In this document: piece after piece, positions 39,462-50,640 of the stretch | Position numbering within the stretch: position 1 is the first letter of the stretch | Layout of the letters: every line of letters starts with the position of its first letter | NCBI GenBank assembly: GCA_013265495.1 | Contig: MU058289.1 | Span: 2,293,451 to 2,357,450 of the forward strand | Direction: 5' to 3' | DNA length: 64,000 nt | Origin: Vicugna vicugna | Lineage: Eukaryota | Notes under the pieces: model-generated | Database searches by the model: none | What the model saw: the letters and a program-made list of their open reading frames with translations, nothing else | Told to the model about the DNA's origin: nothing | Program-made: the position numbers and the translations under genes

Positions 39462-39786
39462 CAGGGATCGGCCAACCCCAGGCCGCAGCCTGAGTCAGGC
39501 TTGCTGCTGGTTTTTGTACAGCCTATGAGCAAATGATGTTTTACACTTTTTTAATGGTTGGGAAAAAAAACAATAGAAGAATCGTATTTCGTGACACATG
39601 AAAATGATACGAAATCTATAAATAAAGTTTTATTGAAACACAGATATGCGCCTTCATTTATGCCCTGTCTGTGGCTGCTCTCGCCCCGCAGTAACAGCAG
39701 AGTAATTGTTGCCGCCACCAAATGGCCCACGAAGTCTAAAAAATGTACCACCTTGGCCCTTTAAAGAAAAGGTTTGCTGCTCGCCG
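39462..39786 (+). mobile_element. MER58B-like hAT-Charlie DNA transposon (non-autonomous)
   Basis: CAGGGatcggccaac start, ataaataaagttttattg and ggccctttaaagaaaaggtttgc internal/end motifs, perfect 8-bp TSD ccctggac (39454-39461 / 39787-39794). Confidence 0.88.
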
Positions 39787-42700
39787 CCCTGGACTCTCCA
39801 CCCACCGTCTGACTGGCTGTGGGCAAATCTTCTCTGCCCCCAGCTCTGTCCTCCTCTCTGTAAAGTGACATGAACAGTGCTTCTCTCAGAGAAGAGCGGT
39901 GATGAGGACCCCAGGGTTTACAGTCTGTCACTGGGTGACATGGCTGCCCCTACTCACTCTTCCTTTAGTTTTTTTGTATCTAAAGAATTGAGTGCTTACA
40001 AATTCTGTGCCAGGCACAGGGCTGGCTTGACACCCAGACCTCCCTCACAAGACACACACCCAGGGTACATGGAGACCATTTAGCTGAGGGAATACAGATG
40101 AGGGTCCAGGAACCCGGCCTGGAGTGCAGAGAAGGCTCCAGCAGGGAGTGATCCCCAGGCTAAGTCTTAAAATATAAGTAAAACTTTGCTGGGGAATAAG
40201 GAGCAGGGAAAAGCATTGTGGGTGGAAAGAACAGCTTTAGTGAAGGTGCAGAGGTTGAGACAGTGGCTGGCCTAGAACTGGCAGATGTGGCATGGAGTTA
40301 GCTAATGAAGGGCTTTGGGCAATCAGAAGTCATCTCTCAATGCCAGCCGCACATCACCCCCACCTGGGTTTGGCCTCAGGCTGGCTACGGAGCCCACCGA
40401 AGGTGGATGTCAGGATTTGGCAGGGTGAAGTGGGGCATGGAGGGCGGGGGAGGCGGCATCCTTTGGACCCCACTCCAGGGGTCCTGCCCACAGCCAGCAG
40501 AGGAGGAGGAGCCAGCTAGTGGGCCAGGCCTGGGGGCTCAGCCCAGCAGGATGGGGGCTGCAAGGGCTGGGGCCGCCCGGTCCTGCCCCTGGCCTGGGGC
40601 AGCCGCCGGAGTCCAGGGACCAGGCAGGCTGCCACAGGAGGGGAGCTGGCAACAAAGGCCTATTCTTCAGGGCTTGAAAAAGTCTTAAAACCCATCCAAC
40701 TTTCCTTCATTAGATGCTCCAGGATGTTTCCTCTTCAGAGGCTCCTCAAGATACCCGGCAGATAAACGCCTGATTCTTGGAGTCTTCTTAATTATGGCCC
40801 CGAGACCTCGGTGTAAACAATCAGTTGAGTGTTTGTTTTACTGCCTCCCTTCCGTACTAAGGGGAGCACAAGCCAGGTGCCGAGGAGTGGAACCTGGTGA
40901 CCCAGGGCTCTTGAGTTCCCTACTCTGTCTCCCCTATGGGGCTGAGTAGGGGCAGCCATGTCACCCAGGGAGGTGGCCAGGCCCATCCCTGCAGTGTGAC
41001 CACCGTCTTTGGGTCCTGGAGCCACAGCCTCCTGACCACGTGGCATCAGCCTGCTCACCTGTACATGACAATGATGGTCATGGACAATGAAGGAGATGCC
41101 TGGCGTGCAGCATGTGCTCAGGAAATGTTGCACAAAAGCTTTGGGGGCATGGCACTGTCCTGACCTTGACCCTTGCCCAGCCCCTGAGAGGCAGCATCAG
41201 AATCCTCAGCGCCATCCCAGGTCAGCACTGGGTGAGCAAGGAAGTGGTTGCAAGTCCAGCCTCTCAGCAGCTCTGCCCGCATTCACCCCCCGCTCCACCC
41301 AGGCCCGGGGTGCTCTTGAGATGCCCATGACCTCATGTCCCCAGTGGATCAAGGTGGTCACAGGTGGCAACTTGAGGACTGCCCTGCGTACCCTTCCTGG
41401 CAGCCCGTCACACACGCCTTGAGCCTTCCGCATGACCATCCCCCACTTTCACGTGAGGCACCCCTCAAAGGGTTCCTCACCCTGGGCCCCTGAGGGTGAA
41501 CTCAGAGACTCCACTGGACACAACCCAGCTTCATTTGCAGGAAGAGGCTCTGCTCAGCATGCAGGATGCTGTTGGGCGGAGGTGATGTGCCCCAAACACG
41601 CTCACCCAGAGAGACCCGCACACACACCCCCTCACCAAGGGATGCTCACACAGGGCCACTCCCCACTCCAGGCCAGGCTCCCTGCTACCTCAGCCTCCAG
41701 GAGGCTGCAGCTCTGCCCCTGGTGGGGCCACATATGTGCATGCGTGCACGTGTGTGTGCGTGTGCCTGGGTGTGAGTGCATGTGTGGTGCACCGTGGGCT
41801 GATGTGGTGCTGCCCATGAGTGCCTGTGTCTATTATGAGTGTGCCTGGGAGGAAGCAGGAAGAAGGGGAGGGCAAGAAACCCTCTGGGTCCCCTGTCTGC
41901 GGCAGGAAGGGGAGACAGTAACTGCGCAAGGTCGCTCCTGCAGGGTCCAGCCAACTTGGCCTCTAGCCACGCTCACACCAGAAGCCCCAAGGAGCTGGGG
42001 AAGCCTCTAGCTGGAGTGCTGCAGGAAGGACCGCAGTTCACACATCAGTGGGCTCGCCATCCCCCCAGGGGCGCAGAGGCCCCCTCTCCCTCTTCTTGTG
42101 GATGTCCCTTGGTCTGGGGCAACCCACCTCCCACTGGGCCCCCAGCTGAGACCAGCAAGCCATTTTGAGCCCTGATGAGAAGAGGAAGTTCCTGTGGCCC
42201 CAAAACAGAAACAGGAAGCTGGGAGGGGGTATATGGATAGGGAACGGGAAGGGGGACACAGGCACCCGGCAGACGCACCCAGAGCCCCCCAGCCTTCTTG
42301 GGCTGGGCCCGGCAGCCATGTCCGGGTATCTCTGCCTGACTCCGAAGCCATTGGGCCCATCCGCTGAGCTATACACACCCAAAGGGCAGGCTCTCTCAGG
42401 GTTTCTCAGATGCTGGCTAATTGTCCACCTAGGTGGGTTCAACTGTCCAAGCTTATCTGGTTCTGATTGAGAGGGCTCTGTGGGTCTGCTCAAATCTTCC
42501 CGTCCACCCAAGCACCTGTGTCCGGCCACACCACTTCTCCCCGGCCCCTGCGTGTGGCCATGTGGGACTCTCCATGGGGTTGGCCTGAGTCTCTCCAACC
42601 CGCCGTGTCTGTGTGACCACCTGACCACTCCCCTGACCTAGCACGCGGACAAGCCAGCTGTCTCCCTGGCCGTGAATCTGGTGACTCCCAGCCTCAGCTC

Positions 42701-45700
42701 TGCTTTCCCAGCTGCCCTGCAGGACACGGCAAGTCCCCAGCCCCACCTTCACTTGGTAACTAGACGCAGGACTGTCCTGGCCCCCTCAGAAGAGGCAGGA
42801 AGTCAGGGCTCTGTCCTACACACACCACTGCCTCATACCATGTCCTGATGCCTTAGTCTGCCCTCTGCTATGTGGGTGGGAGATGTTATGTCTGAGGACA
42901 CTGTGCCCTGATCAGAGGGACGACAGCGTGCAGAATCACATGCCATCCTCCAGGACTGGGGAGTGTCTGGCTCACACAGGGCTCAGGCTGGGGTGGGGAG
43001 CGTGGAAGATGGGAGGGTGGCACTCACTTGAAGAATGTGGCCTGCTGTTCCAACCAGGGTTTGGAAGCTCCTGCAGAAAGACTCTGGGGTGAGTGGGTGG
43101 AGGCGGGAGCCAAGGGGCCAGAAAGGCAGATGTCACCAATTTCAGTTCTGCCCCGGCTGGCCTGAGGCAGCTTGGGACTTCCCAGAGTGGAAGGACAGGC
43201 TGAAGTGCCAGGCCACTTGGAAGCAGAGGACCCCTTCCCCACCCCAGCTGGGTGCTGTCTGCTGGGGAGGCAGCAGAAGTTCTGGGGATCCGAGGTGGGC
43301 TGGGTGTGCCTCACTGGGGTCCCCACTCTCTCCCTGAACAACCAGAGCAGGTCCCTCCAGTACCGCGTGCTAGTCAGCTCCAGCCCAAGATCATGGCAAC
43401 AAAAGAAATGCTTGGCCATCTGATCCCCACAAATAAAAGCTTTAAGGGCATAGCTGCCCCAGAGGCATCTGAGAAAGATTTCCAAGATGGGAGCGAGGGA
43501 TTCCAAGTGGATATCGCTCCCCATGCCGAAGAATGAGGCAGAAACCACAAGAACCCCCCAACAAACGGCTCCATCTTCTTAGCTCCTTGTGCTCATCCCT
43601 CAAAGAGGGAAAGCGGGGAGCAGGTGGGGCGAGCGGGTGGGTGCAGCCCCCTTCCTCGGCCCCGGCCCCGGCCCCCCCGTCGCGACCCGGCCGGGCGGGC
43701 GGTCAGCACCGGAGCCAGCGGGAAATGGGCCCCCGGGCGGGGAGCACATCTGACTGGACCGTGTTCTTGGGAGATCAGTTGTGAAACTTGCTTCAAACCC
43801 CCAAACCACAAAAACGGCCGATTTTCCCAGCCCTGTTCTCACGTTTCTCAGATCAGCCGAGGAGGAGTCGTCAGTATTTCCATCCGAGAGACGCCAGGCC
43901 AGCTAGCAGCCCCCCTGGGGGACGAGGAAATGGTGCGCAAGAGACTTGGGTGCTGTGGACCCCCCTCCCGCCTTCCCCGAAGCGCGCCATTCCCACCAAC
44001 GCGGCTGGGGACGTGGGGTCCGGGGAAGGGCGAGGCCTGGGCCTGACGAAGGAAACTGGAAATTCGGATAGAGGGACCTAGAGGCTGCAGGCTGCCCTGG
44101 AAGAATTCAAGAGCTCCCTTCTTGGGCAGGGGAAGGGGTGTTTGGCTGGCGGAGGATCAGACGGTGGGTAACTAGGGAGATGCCCTTTGATTTGAAAGCA
44201 GGTCGCAGCGGCGTCCCCTGGTGTCGTCCCTGCATGACAGGGGCGCAGCACACGTGGTTCTAGTTCTCTCTTGTTCAAGGCTAGTGACAGCAAAGAAGCA
44301 AGCTCTCACCAGACAAGGACTGATACGGGGAGCCTCAGAGGTGAGCAGAACCCTGAGGAGGGCTCGCTGCCTTTCTGAGCAGGGTCGCTGTGGTGGGGAA
44401 GTTACCTTGGAGAGAGAGAAGCTGTCTGTAGGTGCTTTGGATGACGAGCTGTCTTGAAGTCTCAAGGCCCCATCCTCTGCCGCAGGGATGCAGGCTCCTC
44501 TCTGCACCCCACTTTTGGCTTCCTTGGGCCACATGCCCCACCCACCCCCGCCCCTGGATGAAGTCAGGTGAGGACGCCCCGAGCTTCTGGGCTCTGCCTA
44601 CTGCCCTCCTGCCACCTGCCCTCACCAAACTCGCCCTCTCCATGACCTGCCACCCCTCACCCCGATCTGCCACCATGGCTGCCTGTTTCCAGCTGGAACC
44701 TCCTTGAGCCTGGGACAGAAACTCTAACCGGATTAACTTCAGCGGTGATTCCAAGAGCAAAATGCTGCTGAGAAAAATACCAAGCTTCAGCTTCGTGTGT
44801 GCTGATCCAGCCGTTTCCCCAAAATGTAACTTTTCTTTAAAATGCCATGTAAGAGGTTAACCAGTGCTCTGCCCCGGTGTTGACCTCCGTATGAGTTCGT
44901 ACTGGCCGTGGTGCTACACGTTGGGCCTGAAAGCTACCTGTTTTAATAACTAATACTTTGAGACCCACTATCAGGGCCCAGAGAACCCAGCCTGGGGAGC
45001 CTGTGACCTGGGTTCCCTGAAGCCAAGGCCAGGGCAACAGAATCCAGGAGGCTCCCACAAACAGGGCATCCCACTTGAGGGGCAGAACTGAGGGCACCCA
45101 TGAGCCACGTCACTGGGGTGCCCACCACCTGATGAGAAGCAATAAGCCTATAGGGGACGGTGGGGACATGTGTGTGTCTCGGTCTCTCTGGGTCTCTGCG
45201 TACTTAGGTTTGCAGGCCCGTGTCTGTGAGCCTGAGTGTCTCTCTGTGCGGGAGTTCCAGTGCGTTGCTGTGGGTGTGGCTGCGTTTCCGTGTGTGTACC
45301 TGGGAGTGTCCGTGTCTCTGGGTGTGTTTATACATCTGTTCACTTTGTCTAGCGTGCCGGGTCCCGGGCCAGCTACTGGTTGGGTGGGGAGGGCCTGATC
45401 CCTGCCTCACCATACCCACTGTGAGGAGGGGTGGGCAGTACACACGCGTAGCCCAGTGGCCTGAAAAGCGTAGCCCGGTGGCAACAGGGAAACCCATGCC
45501 GTGAAGGCAGAGCACAGGGGGCCAGAGCCCCTGAGACAGGGCACTGATGGGGACCCTTGATGCTCTGAGGACGGGACATGAAAGCTGAGTGAGCTGGGAC
45601 TGTGGGAGTCGGCCAGGTGGGTGAGAGAGGAAAGTTCTCCAGGCACAGGGAACAGCATGTGCAAAAGCTGGGGCACGGAGGAGGGGTAAGGAGGCCAGGG

Positions 45701-46369
45701 TGGCAGAAGCAAAGAAAGCTGAGTGGTGGTGGGTGGTGAGGGCAGGGAGCAGGACAGCAGCTGGACATAAAAACCTGAGGGCCACATTGCAATGGTGGGC
45801 TGGTCCTGAGAACGCGGGAGGCCTTGGTTAGGAGAGGGGCCACCCCACTTGCTAAGAGGAGAATGGGCTGAGACATGGCCTGAGGTGCCGTCCACAGTGG
45901 AGGGTGGAGGGATGAGGTAAAAAGCTTGGCGATAGGAGAGGTGTGCAAGGGTCCAGGAGGCTCCAAGTATATGTGTGTGTGTGCACGTATGCATGTGTGC
46001 ACATGCCCTCCAGGGGCTGGGGCCTGGCCCTCGGTGCTCTCCCTCTACCCCTCCAACCTTGTGCCCACGTCCCTCACTGCCTCACCGCGGGCATGACAGT
46101 GACGGTAAGAAGGGGTTCGGTGTTGCAATTGCATTTCCTCTCGAACCCAGGGCCACCAGAGATTAGCTGAGAGCCCCGTGTGCGCCAGGCGATAACACCC
46201 CCACTCCCCCGTTTCCTAATCTCTGATTCATTTCCAACTGATAACAGGACGAGGGCCGTGGGCGACTAGGAAAGGCCCCAGCAGGTCCTGCCAAGGCTGT
46301 GGCCAGCCGAGCTGCCTGCAGGGGTTCTGGACAGCAGCGCCTCGGGAAGATCAGGGGGGAGGGTGAGCT

Positions 46370-46690
46370 GGGAGGGAAAGGGAGAGGGCCGGGGAGGAGA
46401 GGGAGAGGCAGAGAGAAGCAGGCAGACAGAGAGATAGAGACACAGGCAGACTCGGAGGAGCCGGGTCAGGTAGGGTGATGGGACAGAGAGATAAGGGGAG
46501 AGAAACACAGAGGGCAAGAGAGACAGACTGACAGATGAATAAATATAGAAAGAGAGGGGCTGGGAGTCCTCGGGGCTGGAAGGACTTACGAAAGAGAGAG
46601 AAAAATAGAAGAGACAGCGAGAGACAGAGAAGAGGTGACCTCAGGTCAGGAGACATGGGGAGAGTGAAAAAGGAGGGCACAGGGAGAGGC
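46370..46690. repeat. Purine-rich (GA/GACA) low-complexity tract
   Basis: ggagggaaagggagaggg...gagacagagaagagg, strongly purine-biased on the + strand. Confidence 0.85.
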
Positions 46691-47949
46691 CAAGAGTGTG
46701 GGGGGTGGGCTGACCTGGCTGTCCCCGGGCACTGCCCATGCGGCCCGCGCACCCTGGGTCAGAGCCGGGACTGGTCTTGCGGACCCAGCCCCTGCCGGGC
46801 ACAGGCCCCAGCTGGGAGCAGGGAGTCGGGAGCCACAGCTCCAGACCCCCCCCCCCACCACACACCCACCCCTGCTGGCCTCAGGGCCTCTGGAGGGGCA
46901 CCGGGCTGAGGGCTGCATCACTGTGGGGCTGATGGAGCCATGCTCTCCCCACCACGGGGCCCAACAGAATGGGGCCTCAGCCAGGTCAAAAAGGACCGAA
47001 TAGTGCCCCCACAGCGTGCTTTTCCTGCCTCCTGCTAGACCAGCACAGGTGCCTTGCAAAGGTCCCTGTAATTTCATTTTTAGAGCACTAGTGTGATTTG
47101 TTACGACCGTCTAATTCTTTATCCCATCACTAGACCTCAGGCTCTAAAAGGGGTACCAAGTCTGTTTGGTTTACTGTTTCATCTTTAGTTTATTTGTATC
47201 CTGCTGAGATCTGGGGGGGTTGGAGTGAACCTGGACAGTCAGGTGGGATGGGAGGGACTCATCGGCAGGGACCCAGGGGAGCAGTAGGCCAGCAGCCCTT
47301 TGTGCTGGGGCTGGAGCGGGGGGCTGGTCTCCTCTCTGCTCCCCTCCCAGGCCCAGCTCTCCTCTGGGATCAGAGGCTGGGCTCATGCTTTGTCATGCTT
47401 CGAGGAGGGAAGGTGGGTTCCAGGAGCCGTGGAGGCCTAGTCCCCTCCCTCCATCCTGGCCCCCACTCCAGGCTCCTACCTAATAAGAGACACAAGGGCA
47501 CAGACAGCCAGCCACTTCAGCGGCACCAGGAGCTGGGCCAGATCGCACAGGCTGCTGGGCTCAGGTCTCTGGGGAGGAAGGGGGTTCCACAGCGCAGCCC
47601 AGCCATGGGCTGAGGGCTCCCCAGAGGGGACGGGGCAGCAGGCCTCTGGGGAGGCCCTTCCTTGGTGCCTGGGAACTGCGTGAGCAGGTGCTGGATGGGC
47701 AGCACCTGGAGATCATGAGAGGTGAGGAGCAGGTCTCCATGCCCTGGTGACCTCATTCTGGGGGCAGAGCCGAGCACTGGGAGACCCCCAGTCAGGGGCC
47801 CCTGGCCCTGTGGGCACTTCAGTAAGTCCCTGCATCCCAGGGCCCCCAGCCCTGACCCGTGGAAGACAGCAGCAGGCTGCCTAGCCGGGGTCTCCGGCCC
47901 AGACCCTCTCAGGAAGGCTCACTCGCCCCCTCCTGGGTCAGGGCAGCCG

Positions 47950-48220
47950 CCCCTCTGATTTGCCATGCCCGCCCCGATGCCCTGACACGGCGACCACAGG
48001 AAGCGCTGCCCCAGCTCAGCACTTCCCTTTTCTGAAATCTGCCCCCAGCAGCCCGGTGGCCAGGGAAGGCAGACTTCCCGCTGCCCCCACCCGGAGCTCG
48101 TCCCACCGGTCACAAGTGGTTTGCTCCTGAGCTTCCCTGGGCAGAGGTGACCTTCTTGCCTCAACCACAGATCAGTTATTTATCAGAACAGGAAAGATGG
48201 CACCAGAGATATGTCCTCAC
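47950..48220. promoter_or_regulatory. Candidate ortholog of the CEBPA myeloid enhancer (mouse +37 kb / human +42 kb)
   Basis: About +36 kb from the TSS. ACCACAGGAAG (RUNX+ETS, 47993-48003), CACTTCCCTTTT (PU.1-like, 48020-48031), TTGCCTCA (C/EBP-like, 48156), AACCACA (48163), CAGTTA (MYB, 48173), TTATCA (GATA, 48180), CAGGAA (48189), AGATA (48207). Confidence 0.78.
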
Positions 48221-48626
48221 CCCCACCTCCCAGTAGGGCCTGGCCTGCTCCAACGACGCACGCCTGCTCCCCACATCACACAGGCGCGTGTGGCTGGCGC
48301 GTGCAGGCGGCACTCGGGAGGGAGCCGAGTAGAAGGCCTCATGGCAGGCAGGGCAGATGGTGAGGCATCGTGGCTCACAGGCCCAGGTGAGGCTTGGTGT
48401 GCGAGCTGGGAGCATTCGGAGCATCTGGGGTCCCTTGGGTCTGATGAGACGCACTCTTCCTCCAGATACACTCTCAGCCTAGGGCAGGACTCCTCAGACC
48501 CCCTGCCTGGCAATAGCCTGGGTCAGGGTCTCAGGTTGCTCCTCTGTCCCTCCCTCCCATCACAAACACAGGGCTCAGCCCCTGGGATTCAGGACCCAGT
48601 CCTGATAGAGGAAAGAAGCGGCTATT

Positions 48627-49039
48627 GGGATTCCTCAAGAGTGGCGCTGTTATGGGAGGGAGTCTAGCTTAAGTGGTAGACTGTGTGCTTAGCAGGCATG
48701 AGGTCCTGGGTTCAATCCCCAGTACCCTCATTTAAAAAATAATTAAAAACTTAAATCTAGTTACCTCCCTCACCCCCACCCCTAAAAAAAGACGAAAAAA
48801 AAAACCCACAACAGTGGCACTGTTGACATTTTGGGCTGGAAAGTTGATTCTGTGTTGTTGGGGGCTGTTCTGTGCATGGTGGAATATTTAGCACCATCCC
48901 TGGCCTCTATCCACAAAACGCCAGTAACCCCTCCACCCTCACTCCCTGGCCCACCACTAGTCACAACAATCAAAAATGTCTCCAGACATTGCCAAGTATC
49001 CCCTGGGAGGACTAAATTGTCCCAGGTTGAGAACCAGTG
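48627..49039 (-). mobile_element. MER20 hAT DNA transposon interrupted by a SINE
   Basis: aaaaatgtctccagacattgccaa...ggttgagaaccagtg and gacattttgggctgga are antisense MER20 hallmarks. Confidence 0.88.
48652..48808 (+). mobile_element. tRNA-derived SINE (Vic-1-like) nested in MER20
   Basis: A/B boxes (tagcttaagtgg, gggttcaatccc), A-rich tail, 16-bp TSD caagagtggcgctgtt (48636-48651) / caacagtggcactgtt (48809-48824). Confidence 0.88.
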
Positions 49040-49568
49040 ATCTAGGTACATCAGAAATCCCTGGCTTCCATGGCTTGAAATTCCCAGGTCTCCACTGGCC
49101 TGTTTTGCAGTTTTGTGCTAGAAGGTCATGGACGAAAGAGACCATAACTGGTCAGAGTTCCTGGGAGTTAAAGGATGTGCCTGCCCTCTGGGGTTGTGGG
49201 CACTGTGTCACAGAACCTGGAGCCAGAAAGGGAAGCCCTGGGACAAGAAAAAGGATGTTGAAGCTGGAAAGTTTCATTCAAGGGAAGGTCAAGGAGGTGT
49301 GCTTGTTGGGTATAAATTGAGTCACCTGGAGGCACTCAGGGTCATAAACCGGAAAGACTGGGAAGAACTACAGAATCAGGCAGGACACAGGGACAGGATA
49401 TGTGTCTTGGACTCTGAGATGGTGAGCTGACATCCTCATGTAAAGCCCAGGGCTGAAAGGGCTGCCCCATACAAAGACTTGGAAAGCTGAGCCAAGAAAT
49501 AAAGCTTTCTATCCTCCTGGGACAATGGGTGAGAAAAAGAACTCACCTTTAAGAAGCCAAAACTCTAG

Positions 49569-49703
49569 TGGGGTGGGTATAGCTCAGTGGTAGAGCATGT
49601 GCTTAGCATACACGAGGTCCTGGATTCAATCCCTAGTCCCTCCATTAAACAAACAAACAAACAAACAAACAAACACCTAACTACCTCCCCACCCCACCCA
49701 AAA
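49569..49703 (+). mobile_element. tRNA-derived SINE (Vic-1-like) with perfect TSD
   Basis: ggggtgggtatagctcagtggtagagc...ggattcaatccc, internal (AAAC)n, 18-bp TSD aagaagccaaaactctag at 49551-49568 and 49704-49721, preceded by TTT (L1 endonuclease-type site). Confidence 0.92.
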
Positions 49704-49749
49704 AAGAAGCCAAAACTCTAGCCAGAGCCAAAAATGGAACAGGATTCAC

Positions 49750-50640
49750 ATTTATGCAATCCAGGGATTCCAGAGCTCTAAGTCTAGAAATTAATGTAAA
49801 AATGATAAAGGACCATGAGAGAAACTTACTTCTATTCACTTTGGACATTTCTACACAGGATGATTACCACAGAGGGAAAAACAAATCCCTGGTAAAGACG
49901 AGCTCACGATAAAAAATTACAAATGGCCCAAAAAAGCAAACCACTGTATCAGCAGGAGATCTTAGATGCAGGGTTACTAGAACAATTTGATAAAGACTAC
50001 ATAGTAAATATATTTAAAGGTATTAAGGAGATAAAAGAGAGTGTGGAAGACATGATAATATGATAAAAATATTACTTAAAAATAAAGAACAGATAGACTT
50101 CAAAGGAAATCAAATAGTCATCACAGTATAAAATAAAAGCTCAGTGGATGGATCATACAGCAAATGAGTTATGGTGGGAAACTGGAAGACACATCTGAAG
50201 AAACATCTTAAAACTTAGCACAGAGACATAAAAACAAGGAAAAATAAAAAGGCTAAGACTCTTGGAGGATAAAATGAGATGGTCCAAGAAGGTCCAACAT
50301 GCATATAACAGGAATTCCAGAAGGTGAAAACAGTAAGAATTCAAGAGCTAATGGTTGAGAAATTTCCAGAATTAAGGAATGAGTCCTATTGAAGATGCAC
50401 ACCGTGTCCTAAGGAGGATAAATAAGAACAAAGTCATATCATAGTTAAACTACAGAACATTAAGCACAAAAAGATAATCTTAAATGTCCCAGGAAGAAAC
50501 AAAGAATTACCACCAAGGAATGACAATGAGACTGACAACAGACATCTCATTGTTAGCAGTGGACACCAGAAGACTGGAGAATCGTATATTCCAGGTGCTC
50601 AGGGAAGTAACTCTGCACCAAGAATCCCATACTCCACTAC
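49750..50640 (+). mobile_element. Ancient LINE-1 ORF1 remnant
   Basis: A-rich sense text (aggaattccagaagg, gagaaatttccagaat, gactgacaacagacatctca, ccaagaatcccatactcc) matching decayed L1 ORF1; may extend further 5'. Confidence 0.75.

Noticed and set aside
43252..43536. 94-aa ORF with protein-like composition (MATKEMLGHLIPTNKSF...)
   Set aside because: I recognise no homolog and see no splice or expression support. A tblastn/PhyloCSF test showing conserved coding signal would be needed to reconsider.
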